Of a stretch of 64,000 nt of DNA, positions 47,593 through 57,787 are shown one piece after another (the first letter of the stretch is position 1; every line of letters begins with the position of its first letter). The translations under genes and the position numbers were made by a program. Under the pieces are notes generated by a model. The model was not told the origin of the DNA and searched no databases. It saw nothing but the letters and a program-made list of their open reading frames with translations. This stretch comes from an uncultured archaeon (GTDB lineage Archaea; Iainarchaeota; Iainarchaeia; Iainarchaeales; 1-14-0-10-31-34): positions 46,376-110,375 of the forward strand of contig CAZSOZ010000004.1 of the NCBI GenBank assembly GCA_964608675.1. The letters run 5' to 3'.

Positions 47593-49503
47593 ATGGTTTT
47601 TTCTGCAAAAGGAAATGCGTTGGTTTCAATTATTGCAGCTGTATTAATTTTAGCTACAGTTGTTGTTATGGTTTCTTATTTTTTTCCTTTTATGCCGGAT
47701 AACTCGGATTCAAGCCAAAAAATACAAAATGAAACAAATTATGTAGTGAAAAAATCAATTCTTGTTTCTTTGGATGATTTCATGAGAAAAGGTTTTTCAA
47801 AAAACCCTGTTTGGTATTATAATAATCCTTCTCCTCCTCTGCTTCCTGAATTGACTGCTGATTTGAATGAACAGCTTAACTCTGATTTGAATTCTTTTTT
47901 GGAGGAATTAACGGAAAAAAGAAATTATTTTTTTGGGGAAAACATTTTGCTTGAAGTTAAAGCTGATTTTACTGATACTTCTGAATTAAATGAAATACTT
48001 GCGGAAATTGATTCTCTTCCAGATGATTTTATAGAAATAGAATTAAATGATTTTTTAGTCAGTTCTTTAAGCAGGGATAAAAATAAAACTCTTGATTTAA
48101 GTGAAGAAAAAATTTTTGCTTTAAGGACTTGGTTTTTGTATAAAAAAATGTTTTTTTGGACAAAAGAACTTAATTTGTCTGAAGAAGCATGCAATTCAAT
48201 TGAAAAAAATAGTGTCTGTAATTTAAGTTATTGCTGGTGTGGAAACACTACTACTGAAATGATTTCTGATTCAACTTTATTCAGGCATGCGAATTTATCT
48301 CAAATTATTTTTGATTTTAATGAAAGTATACTGGAAAATTTAGAAGAACTTAACTCTGATTTTTTTGGAACAGGGATTTCCTGTACAATTGATTATAATA
48401 ACTTTTTTTCTGATTTTGTTGTTTCAAGAGAACAAAAGTGTGTAAGTGACTGCGCGTATAATACTTGTCTTGAAGACCAGACTGAATGCGGAGAATTGTT
48501 TATCCGAAAAACTTCAAATGTATGTGCTGAATGGAAATCAACTGAAGAATATTTTGTGGATAATTTTAATAGAAGGCAGGTTTTAATTAAAAACAAAAAC
48601 TTTTTATTGAATGAAATTGAACCAAAAAATGTTCTTGCTGACTGCGGGCAGGCTACTGTTGAAAACATTGCTCTTAATCCTGGAATTTTTTCTGTTATCA
48701 AGCTTTCTTGTTCTGATTCAAATGCTTTAATTGAAGGTTTTGAAAATGTTTCTCCTTTGAATGCAAGCATTTATTTGGCTGTTTCAGTAATTTCTGCATG
48801 TGAACCTGATTACGTGCATTTGGAAGACATGCAGGGTGGATGCCCTAATTTCAGTGAATTTGGAGAAAATGGGGATGGAGATGATAACGGAGACGATAAC
48901 GATAATGATGATGACGACAATGATGATGACGGAGACGATGTAGATGATAATGATAATGATGATGATGGAAATGGAGAAGACGAATGTGATCCTCAAACAT
49001 ATCAATCAAGATGTTATGATTGTGTTGAAGGAAAAATAATTGAAAAGCCTTTAAGTGATGCCTGCCCTGAAATGAATCCAACTAACTGTCAGTATATTAA
49101 ATGTAAAGAGGAAGGATGTCAATTAAGAAACAAATGCCCTTCTGCTTGTGCTCCGTGCAATGCTGAAACAGGAAAATGCATGGAAATAAATTGTGTTGAA
49201 CAAACAGGGAATGTTTGTGCGAAATGCAGAGCGTATGGAACAAGTTATTCTTGTGTGATTCAGGAGCCTGACTGCAGTTTAATGAGCAATGAATGCGAGC
49301 AATACGAATTGGATGACACGTGTACTTGTAGGTTAGCTAATTCTGTTTCATGTGATTTGCCTTCAAAATGCAATGGTTCTGTAGTCCAAAAACATTCTTG
49401 CGAGCCTTCTACAGGAAATTGTATTTATGTTGATGAAGAAGATTGTTCTTTAAGCGGGGAAATTTGTGAAGAAGGAGAATGCAAAGAAGGAGAACCTTTG
49501 TAA
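47593..49503 (+). CDS. Large pilin-like adhesin with Asp-rich linker and Cys-rich C-terminus
   Basis: MVFSAKG|NALVSIIAAV; D/N/G tract at about 48865-48985; numerous C-terminal Cys. Confidence 0.75.
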   Translation: MVFSAKGNALVSIIAAVLILATVVVMVSYFFPFMPDNSDSSQKIQNETNYVVKKSILVSLDDFMRKGFSKNPVWYYNNPSPPLLPELTADLNEQLNSDLNSFLEELTEKRNYFFGENILLEVKADFTDTSELNEILAEIDSLPDDFIEIELNDFLVSSLSRDKNKTLDLSEEKIFALRTWFLYKKMFFWTKELNLSEEACNSIEKNSVCNLSYCWCGNTTTEMISDSTLFRHANLSQIIFDFNESILENLEELNSDFFGTGISCTIDYNNFFSDFVVSREQKCVSDCAYNTCLEDQTECGELFIRKTSNVCAEWKSTEEYFVDNFNRRQVLIKNKNFLLNEIEPKNVLADCGQATVENIALNPGIFSVIKLSCSDSNALIEGFENVSPLNASIYLAVSVISACEPDYVHLEDMQGGCPNFSEFGENGDGDDNGDDNDNDDDDNDDDGDDVDDNDNDDDGNGEDECDPQTYQSRCYDCVEGKIIEKPLSDACPEMNPTNCQYIKCKEEGCQLRNKCPSACAPCNAETGKCMEINCVEQTGNVCAKCRAYGTSYSCVIQEPDCSLMSNECEQYELDDTCTCRLANSVSCDLPSKCNGSVVQKHSCEPSTGNCIYVDEEDCSLSGEICEEGECKEGEPL

Positions 49504-50643
49504 TTATGAATAAATTTCTATTAAATCCTTGTTTTTTAGTTTGAAGTCTTTGGATACTTTTTGGCCTGGAAAAGAACTTGAACCCCATACTTTAACATAT
49601 TTTAAATTTTGTGCGAAATCTCTGTGCAGAACTTTTGCCACTTCTTTTACTGTTGTTCCTTCAGCTAAAACTAATGGTTCGTTTAAGTCTTCTTTTTCTC
49701 CGGGTTTTCTTGTATAAACAAGAATTTTTCCGAGCAAAGAAAAAATTTCTTTTTTTATTTTTTGAATGTTTTCTTTTTTGAAGGAAATTGTTTTGATTTC
49801 TTTTTTGTTTAAGTCTTTTAATTCGTTTTTTTTTCCTTTTCCTTTTGTTGTTATTGCTAAAAGTTTTTTGTATACTATTCTGTTGTCTAAGACTTCTGAA
49901 ATTTTTTTTAAATCTGCTTTTTCGTTTATTATTACGTTGCAGTTCTGTAAAGACATGTTTTTTAGGAAATCAATTAATGTTTTTTCTTCTACTTTAAGAA
50001 ATTTTTTTCCTGTAATGTCTATTCCAGGAAACTTTGATTGAGTTATTTGAATTAAAGGCTTTTTTTCATTTAATTTAATGTTTGCTTCTTTTGTTTCTTT
50101 TAATAAAAGATTTAATTGCTGTTGTGCTTTTTCTTCTTCTATTACGGCTACTATTGCGTCTGCGTTTCTTATTACTGAAAGCAGTTGTGTTCCGTTTGCT
50201 TTTCCTTTTGATGAACCTTCAATTAATGCAGGAACTTCAACTAACTGTACCATTGCTCCCTGGAAATCCATTGTTGCAACCTCTGGTTTGGTTGTAGTGA
50301 ATTCATAGTTTCCTGTTGTTAGTTCTGCGTTGGTTATTGAATTAATCAGAGAACTTTTTCCTGTATTTGGAGGGCCTATCACTGCAATTTGGCCTACTCC
50401 TTCTTTTTTTACGTTTATTGAATAACCTGAACCCCTGCTTTTAACTTGATTTTTTTGTTTTTCTATTTTATTTTTTATTGCAGCAATTTTTTTGGTTATT
50501 TCTGCTCTTAATTTTTCTGCTCCTTTGTGTTTTGGGGCCGCGGACTTCATTTCCTGCAAGGCTGCAAGCTTTTCTAAATCAGTTTTTGCTTCACGGTATT
50601 TTTTTTCTGCTATTGCATATTCGTAGTCAGCATTTGAAGGCAT
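49504..50643 (-). CDS. OBG/DRG-family GTPase with TGS domain
   Basis: PKHKGAEKL, GPPNTGKS, YEFTT, VWGSS.FPGQKV. Confidence 0.9.
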   Translation of the reverse strand: MPSNADYEYAIAEKKYREAKTDLEKLAALQEMKSAAPKHKGAEKLRAEITKKIAAIKNKIEKQKNQVKSRGSGYSINVKKEGVGQIAVIGPPNTGKSSLINSITNAELTTGNYEFTTTKPEVATMDFQGAMVQLVEVPALIEGSSKGKANGTQLLSVIRNADAIVAVIEEEKAQQQLNLLLKETKEANIKLNEKKPLIQITQSKFPGIDITGKKFLKVEEKTLIDFLKNMSLQNCNVIINEKADLKKISEVLDNRIVYKKLLAITTKGKGKKNELKDLNKKEIKTISFKKENIQKIKKEIFSLLGKILVYTRKPGEKEDLNEPLVLAEGTTVKEVAKVLHRDFAQNLKYVKVWGSSSFPGQKVSKDFKLKNKDLIEIYS

Positions 50644-50669
50644 ACTATGATTCTTGCTTGAAAAGGAAT

Positions 50670-51278
50670 TTAAATTTTCAGGTTATTTTTTTGGGCTTCA
50701 AAGACAACGAGTTCTTCAAAAAAAAGTTTTTTTCTTTTTATGATTTTGAATTCAAGTCCTTCTTTTTTCATCAGGTTTTCGGTTTCTTTTATTCCGTTTA
50801 AGTCTGACTGCAAAAAAAAGCATTTTCCATTTTCTTTTAAATGTTTTTTTATTTCAGGAATAAATTTGTCAATTATTTTTCTTCCTTTTTTTCCTCCGTT
50901 TAATGCTTTTTCCAGCCAGTCATTTTTTTTGCCTTCTTTTTCAAGATAAGGAGGATTAAAATAAATTAAATCAAATTTTTCTTTTATTTTTGAAAACAAA
51001 TTGCTTTTTCTTATTTCAATTTTTAGTTTATTTTTTTCTGCATTTTTTTGAGTTAATTTTAATGCAACAGGATTAATATCTGAACATAAGACTTCAGCTT
51101 TTTGTTTTGCTGAAATCAATCCTATTAATCCTGTTCCACATCCTAAATCCAGTACTTTTGCCTGAGGAAACACTTGAATGCATTCACTTAAAAGAATTGA
51201 GTCTTCTGCAGGAAAATAAACTTGTTTTTCTTTGAATAAATTTATTCCCTTTATTTTAATTGGATTCATTTTCTTCAT
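50670..51278 (-). CDS. HemK2/MTQ2-family protein methyltransferase
   Basis: YFPAEDS, LDLGCGTG, FNPPY, GGKKGR. Confidence 0.9.
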   Translation of the reverse strand: MKKMNPIKIKGINLFKEKQVYFPAEDSILLSECIQVFPQAKVLDLGCGTGLIGLISAKQKAEVLCSDINPVALKLTQKNAEKNKLKIEIRKSNLFSKIKEKFDLIYFNPPYLEKEGKKNDWLEKALNGGKKGRKIIDKFIPEIKKHLKENGKCFFLQSDLNGIKETENLMKKEGLEFKIIKRKKLFFEELVVFEAQKNNLKI

Positions 51279-52515
51279 TTTTGCAGGCTTCTAATTCAGG
51301 ATGAATTTCACAAATGATTTCATTTATTTTTTCTATTTTTTCGTGTCCTTGAATTACATACTGGCAGTCAAAAACCAAAGCAGGAATATACCTTATATTG
51401 TATTCTTGTGCAAGCTGGTTTTCGTCTTGAATTTTTGAGAGAGGCTGTTCTTCTTCGATGCATGTTCTGAACTGGTTTAAGTCAGGCATTTGTGTTGCAA
51501 CTAATCCTGCATTAATTACTTCAGGAAGATAGTTTTCAATAGGGTCTCTTTGCAGGCCGAATGCTTCAGGAAAAGCTTTTTCATACAAATAGCGATTGAA
51601 TCCAAAAAATCTTCCTTGTTCTTTTGCGCATTCAGCTACAAAAGCAGTTATTTTGCTTGCTTCTCCGTGAACCAAATAATTTTTGTGTTCGTAAATTATT
51701 TTTCCTGCAAATGTTTCCCTTGCGTTTTTGGTTTTTTCAAAAATCATTGCACAGCCTGGAGTCTGATAATCACAAAATTCTTCAACAAAAACTTTTTCTT
51801 GTTCTGCAGGGCACTCTTGGATTTTATTTAAAAACATTATTGAATGAGGTGTTGCATCCAAATAGGATTCTGAAACAACATAATAATCATTTTTTTTAGT
51901 GAATGCTTCTTTAATCAGGTTTTCAACAAAAGGATATTCTTGAATTTGTTCTGCGTTAATCAAAGCAGTTGGAATACTCTTTAAATTAAATTCTTCAATA
52001 AAATGCTTGTTTTCTTCTAAAGCTAAATCAATAAATTCAATATGCATATTTATGTCTCTGTATTCAAAGTTTGCAATAACTGAATTGTTTTTGTCGCAGA
52101 AACTGCATTCAGAAGAATAAAAATTTTTTATTTCAACTAATGGCCGGCTTTCTTTTGAATTCCATTGGCTTTGGTTTATTTCCTGCTGGTTTAAAACTTT
52201 GTCTAAAGCAAGACCTGCAAAAATAAGCATTACAATAAATAAAAACGCATTAATCCAGGGAAAACTTTTCTTCTCTTTTTGGGTTTTGTTTGATTCAGTT
52301 TTTTGGGCTTCATTTTTCTTTTTTTCTGTTTTATTTTCAGTTTCCAGTAGTTTCGAGCTGTTTATTTGATTTTCTTTTTCTTTAGTTTGTTCTTTGTTTT
52401 CTTTTTCTTCAGGTTTTTGTTCCTGAAAGCTTGTTTTGTTTTTTCGTTCAGCATATTTCTTTGCTTCATTTTCGTTTAATTTTTTTTCCTTCATTTTTTT
52501 TTCACTTAAAAACAT
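51256..52515 (-). CDS. Membrane-anchored thioredoxin/DsbA-like protein
   Basis: TM, CSFC..IPT thioredoxin fold, second DsbA-like domain (CDYQTPGC, AECAKEQGRF, YIPA). Confidence 0.8.
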   Translation of the reverse strand: MFLSEKKMKEKKLNENEAKKYAERKNKTSFQEQKPEEKENKEQTKEKENQINSSKLLETENKTEKKKNEAQKTESNKTQKEKKSFPWINAFLFIVMLIFAGLALDKVLNQQEINQSQWNSKESRPLVEIKNFYSSECSFCDKNNSVIANFEYRDINMHIEFIDLALEENKHFIEEFNLKSIPTALINAEQIQEYPFVENLIKEAFTKKNDYYVVSESYLDATPHSIMFLNKIQECPAEQEKVFVEEFCDYQTPGCAMIFEKTKNARETFAGKIIYEHKNYLVHGEASKITAFVAECAKEQGRFFGFNRYLYEKAFPEAFGLQRDPIENYLPEVINAGLVATQMPDLNQFRTCIEEEQPLSKIQDENQLAQEYNIRYIPALVFDCQYVIQGHEKIEKINEIICEIHPELEACKNEENESN

Positions 52516-52566
52516 GCTTTTGGTTCATTTTTTAAATTTAATGAGTTTGTTAGTTTTATTGATTAA

Positions 52567-53307
52567 ATGTTTGTAGATGTTCATTGTCATCTGGAAATGA
52601 ATGATAACCCTGAAAAAGTGATTAAAGAATCTTATGAATATTCTGTTGGAAAAATTGTTTCTTCTTCTGTTGATTTGGATTCAATGAAAAAAAATCTTTT
52701 GTTGTCAAAAAAATTTCTTGAAATTGAATGCTGTTTTGGTTTGCATCCAAGCAATATTCTTTCAATGGACAGCAGGGAAATTAAGGCTTCCTTTAAATTT
52801 ATCGAGCAAAATCTTTTTTTCTGCAAAGCAGTCGGAGAAATAGGACTTGATTTCAAGCATGCTGAAACAAGAAAACAAAAAAACAAGCAGATTGAATTGT
52901 ATAAAGAACAGCTTTTTATTGCAGAAAAAAACTTGCTTCCTGTTGTAGTTCACTCACGTTTTGCAGAAAAAAAGTCTCTTGAAATTCTTTCAGGATTTAA
53001 AGGCAAAGTTTTGCTTCACTGGTTTGACGGAAACAAACAGGCTTTAAAAAATGCAGTTGAAAGAAATTATTTTTTTTCTGTCGGGCCGGCAATACTTTTT
53101 AATCAGGATTATTTAAAGAAAGTTCTTTTGATTCCTTTGAATCTTTTAATGCTTGAAACTGATTCTCCTGTTGAATTTAAAGGAAAACCTGCAAGACCTT
53201 TTTGGGTAAAAAAAGTAGCAGAAAAACTTGCAGAAGAAAAACAAATTAGGTTACATAAACTTGAAAAACAAACTACAAAAAATGCCAGGCAATTTTTTTC
53301 TTTTTGA
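52567..53307 (+). CDS. tatD: TatD-family hydrolase
   Basis: DVHCH, GLHP, GEIGLD, HSR, HWF, ETDSP. Confidence 0.93.
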   Translation: MFVDVHCHLEMNDNPEKVIKESYEYSVGKIVSSSVDLDSMKKNLLLSKKFLEIECCFGLHPSNILSMDSREIKASFKFIEQNLFFCKAVGEIGLDFKHAETRKQKNKQIELYKEQLFIAEKNLLPVVVHSRFAEKKSLEILSGFKGKVLLHWFDGNKQALKNAVERNYFFSVGPAILFNQDYLKKVLLIPLNLLMLETDSPVEFKGKPARPFWVKKVAEKLAEEKQIRLHKLEKQTTKNARQFFSF

Positions 53308-53313
53308 TTTTTT

Positions 53314-54339
53314 TTATTTTTTTTGTGCTTGAATTATTTTGTGCTGTGTTCCTTTTGCCAGACTTTTATGGTTTCCAAAAACTTCATTTAATTTTTTTTC
53401 CAAAAAAACTGCTTTGTTTAAAACCAAAACAATTCTTCCTTTTTCATTAAGATATTTTTTTGAATCCAAAACAAATTTTTCTAAAAAATTTCTTTTTTCA
53501 TGAGTAGGAGGATTAGATACAATTAAATCAAATTTTTCATTTATTTTTTGAAAGGAATCAGAAACAACAGCCCTTGCATTTTTTACTTTATTTAATGCGA
53601 TGTTTTTTTTTGCAAGATTTACTGCTTTTGCATTTGAATCAAGCATTAAAATCTTTTTTTCAGGATTTTCTTTTGCAAGAATTATTCCTATTGTACCTAA
53701 CCCGCATCCAAAGTCAAGCACTTTTTGTTCGTTGAATTTTTTCAGGTTTTCAAGCAGTAATTCTGTTCCTTTATCAATTTTTTTTCTTGAAAAAATTCCA
53801 AAAGAAGATTCAAACACAAATTTTTTTCCATTAAAATTTAATTCAATTAATTGTTTTTCTTTTTTTCCGGTTTTTTTTTCAGGTATTTCTGTTTTTTTTT
53901 CTGAAACAATTAATCTTAATCCTCCTTTAATTGAAATCGTTTCTGCGTTTTTGAATAATTCTTTCATGTTTTTTTGAAAGTTTTTTGCTCCCCTTGAGGT
54001 TTTTCCAATAAAGTAAATTTTTCCTTTTGTTTTTGTTTTTTTTCCTGCAGTTTCAATTAATTCGATTGTTTCTTTTCTTCCCATAAAATCTTCATGAAAG
54101 ACAACTGAAAAATCAAATTTTTCTTTTATTTCATCAAAAAATTCATAGAAAACAGTTTTCACGTTTTTGTTTTTTATTTTTTTGTCAACCAAATTTTTTT
54201 CATTTAATTTCCTGAATACAGCTTTAATTTGATTATGTTGTGAAAGGAATTCAATTGCATTCAAGTCAGGCTTGCCTAAAAAAAGTATTTTTCCTTTTTC
54301 TTTCATTTTTTTCAGGAGTTTAAGTTTTTGTTTAAGCAT
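53314..54339 (-). CDS. RsmC-like class I SAM methyltransferase
   Basis: GIFSRKKIDKGTELLL, LDFGCGLG, SNPPTH; degenerate N-terminal MTase repeat. Confidence 0.85.
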   Translation of the reverse strand: MLKQKLKLLKKMKEKGKILFLGKPDLNAIEFLSQHNQIKAVFRKLNEKNLVDKKIKNKNVKTVFYEFFDEIKEKFDFSVVFHEDFMGRKETIELIETAGKKTKTKGKIYFIGKTSRGAKNFQKNMKELFKNAETISIKGGLRLIVSEKKTEIPEKKTGKKEKQLIELNFNGKKFVFESSFGIFSRKKIDKGTELLLENLKKFNEQKVLDFGCGLGTIGIILAKENPEKKILMLDSNAKAVNLAKKNIALNKVKNARAVVSDSFQKINEKFDLIVSNPPTHEKRNFLEKFVLDSKKYLNEKGRIVLVLNKAVFLEKKLNEVFGNHKSLAKGTQHKIIQAQKK

Positions 54340-54405
54340 ATTACTTTTTTTGTTAAACCAAAATAAATATATATTTTTTCTGACAGAATCTGTTATTACT
54401 TTGGA

Positions 54406-54924
54406 GTGAATATTATGTTATTTGAGTTTTTGGTGGTTTTAATCATTTCTTTGATTTTTGGAAACGGGCTTCTTTTTCTTGTTTCTCCTCAATCCAAACA
54501 GGATATTTCTTTTTTGAAGGAGCAGATTCAGGAAAATAAACCAGATGCTTTTGAGGAACAAGCTTTGCCAGGCAGTGTTTATGTTGATGAAATTTATTCT
54601 GTTCAGGCTTCTTTGAGGACAGCAAACGAAAAAATAAAACTGGCTCATGAAAGAATCAATGAATTAGAGACTTCTTTGCAGGCAATTAATTCAATTATTG
54701 TTTCTTCAAAAAGAGAAAGCCCTGATTTTGAATCAAAGGTTAAAAGCCTTGAAAAATTCAAGAGAAATACTAAAATTGAATTGGAAGCAATAAAAAAACT
54801 GTTGAAGCAGTTAAATGAATTCAAAAAAATTAAAGGCAAAAAAACTGTTTCAGCCAAAAAAAAAGAAAAGGAGTTGAATAAAAGAATTCATGAACTGGTT
54901 TTTAATACAAAAAAGTCAAATTAA
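54406..54924 (+). CDS. Membrane-anchored coiled-coil protein
   Basis: N-terminal TM, heptad region. Confidence 0.65.
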   Translation: MNIMLFEFLVVLIISLIFGNGLLFLVSPQSKQDISFLKEQIQENKPDAFEEQALPGSVYVDEIYSVQASLRTANEKIKLAHERINELETSLQAINSIIVSSKRESPDFESKVKSLEKFKRNTKIELEAIKKLLKQLNEFKKIKGKKTVSAKKKEKELNKRIHELVFNTKKSN

Positions 54925-54959
54925 ATCTTTTTTTATTTTCTTTTACTTAAATTTTTTTT

Positions 54960-55532
54960 ATGGAAAAAAAGGTTTCAATGGCAATTGAGTGCCCTTGTTG
55001 TAAGGGAAAAGCTGTCATGACTGAATCAATCATGGAAATTCCTTTTTTTGGCAGGACTCTTTTTTCTAATTTAAAGTGCAGTGAATGCGGTTTTAATTTA
55101 AATGATGTTTCTTCTGATGAAGAAAAAATTCCTCTTCGTTTTACTGTTAAAATTGAATCAGAAAAAGATTTAACCGTAAAAATAGTGAAGTCAAGTACAT
55201 CAACAATTAAAATTCCTGAATTAGGAGTAAGAATTGAACCCACTCCTTCTTCTGAAGGATATTTCACTAACATTGAAGGTTTGTTGAATAAAGTTGAGAA
55301 CGCTCTTTCTTTCACTTCTTTTGAAGAAGAGGAAGAACATGATTCAGGAAAACTAAAAGAAAAAATAACCAAAAAAATTCAAGAAGCAAAACAAGCAAAA
55401 ATTCATTTTACAGTTATAATTGAAGATCCTTTTGGAAACGGAGCATTAATCGGAAAAAAAACACAAAAACAGAATTTAACTGAAAAAGAAGTTTTTGAAT
55501 TAAAGAAAAGAATGAGTTTTTTGGATAACTGA
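54960..55532 (+). CDS. ZPR1 zinc-finger protein
   Basis: CPCC..IPFFG..CSEC, IPELG, TNIEG, EDPFGN. Confidence 0.93.
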   Translation: MEKKVSMAIECPCCKGKAVMTESIMEIPFFGRTLFSNLKCSECGFNLNDVSSDEEKIPLRFTVKIESEKDLTVKIVKSSTSTIKIPELGVRIEPTPSSEGYFTNIEGLLNKVENALSFTSFEEEEEHDSGKLKEKITKKIQEAKQAKIHFTVIIEDPFGNGALIGKKTQKQNLTEKEVFELKKRMSFLDN

Positions 55533-55586
55533 TTTTGTATAAGTTTTTAATGTTTTTTCAGTTCTTTTTTTATTGGGCTGCAAAAA

Positions 55587-56570
55587 ATGACAAAAGTAAT
55601 CCTGCTTTCAAAAAAAGAAATAACTGAAATTCTTTCTTTAAATGAAGCAATTCCTGTAATAGAAAAAGCTTTTTTTGATTTTGCTTCAGGAAAAGCAATT
55701 CTGCCTTCTGCTGTAGGTTTTCCAGTTAAAGAACATTCAGGAGAAATGCACATTAAATCAGGTTATATGCCTGAATTAAATACAGTTGCAGTAAAAGTTG
55801 CTTCAAGTTTTGCTAAAAACTCTGAAAAAAACCTTCCAAGCGTTCTTGCAACAATTCTTGTTTTTGATTCCAATACAGGGGAAATTAAAGCTTTAATGGA
55901 TGGAATTCATATTACTGCTGTAAGAACTGCTGCAGTCGGAGCAGTTGCAGCAAAATATTTGTCAAAAGAAAATTCTAAAACAGCAGGAATAATTGGTTCT
56001 GGAGTTCAAGCAAAATTACAGCTAAAAGCTTTGCTTGAAGTTCGTTCAATAAAAAAAGCAAAAGTTTATTCAATAAACAAAATTCAATTGCAGGAATACA
56101 AAAAAGAATTAAACGGCTTTAAGGGAATTCAAATTGAATTAGTTTCTTCTCCAAAAGAAGCATGCGAGAATTCTGATATAATTATTTCCTGTACTCCTTC
56201 TCTTCAACCAATAATTAAAGCTGAATGGATTTCTTTTGGAACTCACATTAATGCAATTGGTTCTGATAACCCAAAAAAACAAGAGCTTTTTTGTGAGGTA
56301 TTAAAAAAAGCAGATAAAGTTGTTGCAGACAGATTAGAGCAGTGCAGGAATGCAGGAGAAATTCATCATGCATTAAAAGAAAAAATTGTTTCTGAACAAA
56401 AAATAATTGAATTAGGAGACATTATTTTAAACAAAAAAAATGGAAGAGAAAACCCTGAAGAAATAACTGTTTTTGATTCAACCGGCATAGCAGTGCAGGA
56501 TATTTCTGTTAGTGCTTTAGTTTTAAGTAAAGCAGAACAAAAAAATTTAGGAAAGATAATTGAAGTTTAA
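55587..56570 (+). CDS. Ornithine cyclodeaminase/mu-crystallin family (possible alanine dehydrogenase)
   Basis: ITAVRTAA, GSGVQA, HINAIGSD, FDSTGIAVQD. Confidence 0.9.
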   Translation: MTKVILLSKKEITEILSLNEAIPVIEKAFFDFASGKAILPSAVGFPVKEHSGEMHIKSGYMPELNTVAVKVASSFAKNSEKNLPSVLATILVFDSNTGEIKALMDGIHITAVRTAAVGAVAAKYLSKENSKTAGIIGSGVQAKLQLKALLEVRSIKKAKVYSINKIQLQEYKKELNGFKGIQIELVSSPKEACENSDIIISCTPSLQPIIKAEWISFGTHINAIGSDNPKKQELFCEVLKKADKVVADRLEQCRNAGEIHHALKEKIVSEQKIIELGDIILNKKNGRENPEEITVFDSTGIAVQDISVSALVLSKAEQKNLGKIIEV

Positions 56571-56582
56571 GAGGTGAAAAAA

Positions 56583-57782
56583 ATGGAAAAAGACGTTAAA
56601 AATAAAGGATTTGGAACCAAATGCGTTCATGCAGGCTATAAGCCTGACAAAAATGCAGGAGCACACACTGTTCCAATTTATCAGAATTCAACTTATGTTT
56701 TTGAGAACGCAGAACAAGGCGCTTTAAGGTTTGGAGGAAAAGAAAAAGGATTTAAGTATACAAGATTGTATCCCTGCAGTCCTACTCATAAAGCTTTTAC
56801 TGACAAATTAGCAGTCCTTGAAAACACTGAAAAAGGAATGGCTTATGGTTCTGGAATGGCTGCAATTTCTGCTGTTTCTTTTAGTTTGCTTGAAAAAGGA
56901 GATCATATTCTTTCAGGAAACACTCTTTACGGCTGTACAGTGGATTTTTTTGATCAAATTTTAAGAAAAAAATATGGAATTCAAGTAAGTTTTGTTGATT
57001 CAACTGAACCTGAAGAAATAGAGAAAGCTTTAACTGATAAAACTAAAATGGTTTTTTTGGAGACTCCTGCTAATCCTACTATGAATGTTTCTGATATAAA
57101 AGAAATATCTAAAATTGCTCATGAAAAACAAGCTAAAGTTGTAGTGGACAATACTTTTGCTTCTTCTTATTTTCAGAAACCAATTGATTTGGGGGCTGAT
57201 GTTGTAATGCATTCTTGTACTAAATATATTGGAGGCCATGGAGATTTAGTTGGAGGAGTTTTAGCGGGTTCACAAGAATTCATTGAAAGCACTAATTCAG
57301 TCAATCATTCAGTTGGTTCTACTATGGGAGCCCATGAAGCATATCTTTGTGTAAGAGGTTTAAAAACTCTTCATTTAAGAATGGAAAAACATCAGGAGAA
57401 TGCTTTTGCTGTAGCAAAATTTTTGGAAGACCATAAAGCAGTTGAATGGGTTAAATACCCTGGACTTGAAAGCCATCCACAGCATTTAATTGCAAAAAAG
57501 CAGATGACTGGATTCAGTGGAATGATTGCATTCGGATTAAAAGGCGGTTTAAATACAGGAAAAACTTTAATGAATTCAGTTAAATTAATGTCTTTGGCTG
57601 TAAGCCTTGGTTCAGTTGACACTTTAATTCAGCATCCTGCTTCAATGACTCATGCAATTATTCCAAGAGAAGCAAGACAAAAAGCAGGAATAACAGATGA
57701 TTTAGTGAGAATTTCAGTTGGAATAGAAAACAAAGAAGACATTATAGAAGACTTGAATCAGGCAATTTCAAAAAGCTGTTAA
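56583..57782 (+). CDS. mgl: Methionine gamma-lyase
   Basis: YTRL, SGMAAI, LYGCT (MGL-type Cys), ETPANP, SCTKYIGGHGD, AVSLG..HPASMTH. Confidence 0.85.
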   Translation: MEKDVKNKGFGTKCVHAGYKPDKNAGAHTVPIYQNSTYVFENAEQGALRFGGKEKGFKYTRLYPCSPTHKAFTDKLAVLENTEKGMAYGSGMAAISAVSFSLLEKGDHILSGNTLYGCTVDFFDQILRKKYGIQVSFVDSTEPEEIEKALTDKTKMVFLETPANPTMNVSDIKEISKIAHEKQAKVVVDNTFASSYFQKPIDLGADVVMHSCTKYIGGHGDLVGGVLAGSQEFIESTNSVNHSVGSTMGAHEAYLCVRGLKTLHLRMEKHQENAFAVAKFLEDHKAVEWVKYPGLESHPQHLIAKKQMTGFSGMIAFGLKGGLNTGKTLMNSVKLMSLAVSLGSVDTLIQHPASMTHAIIPREARQKAGITDDLVRISVGIENKEDIIEDLNQAISKSC

Positions 57783-57787
57783 ATAAA

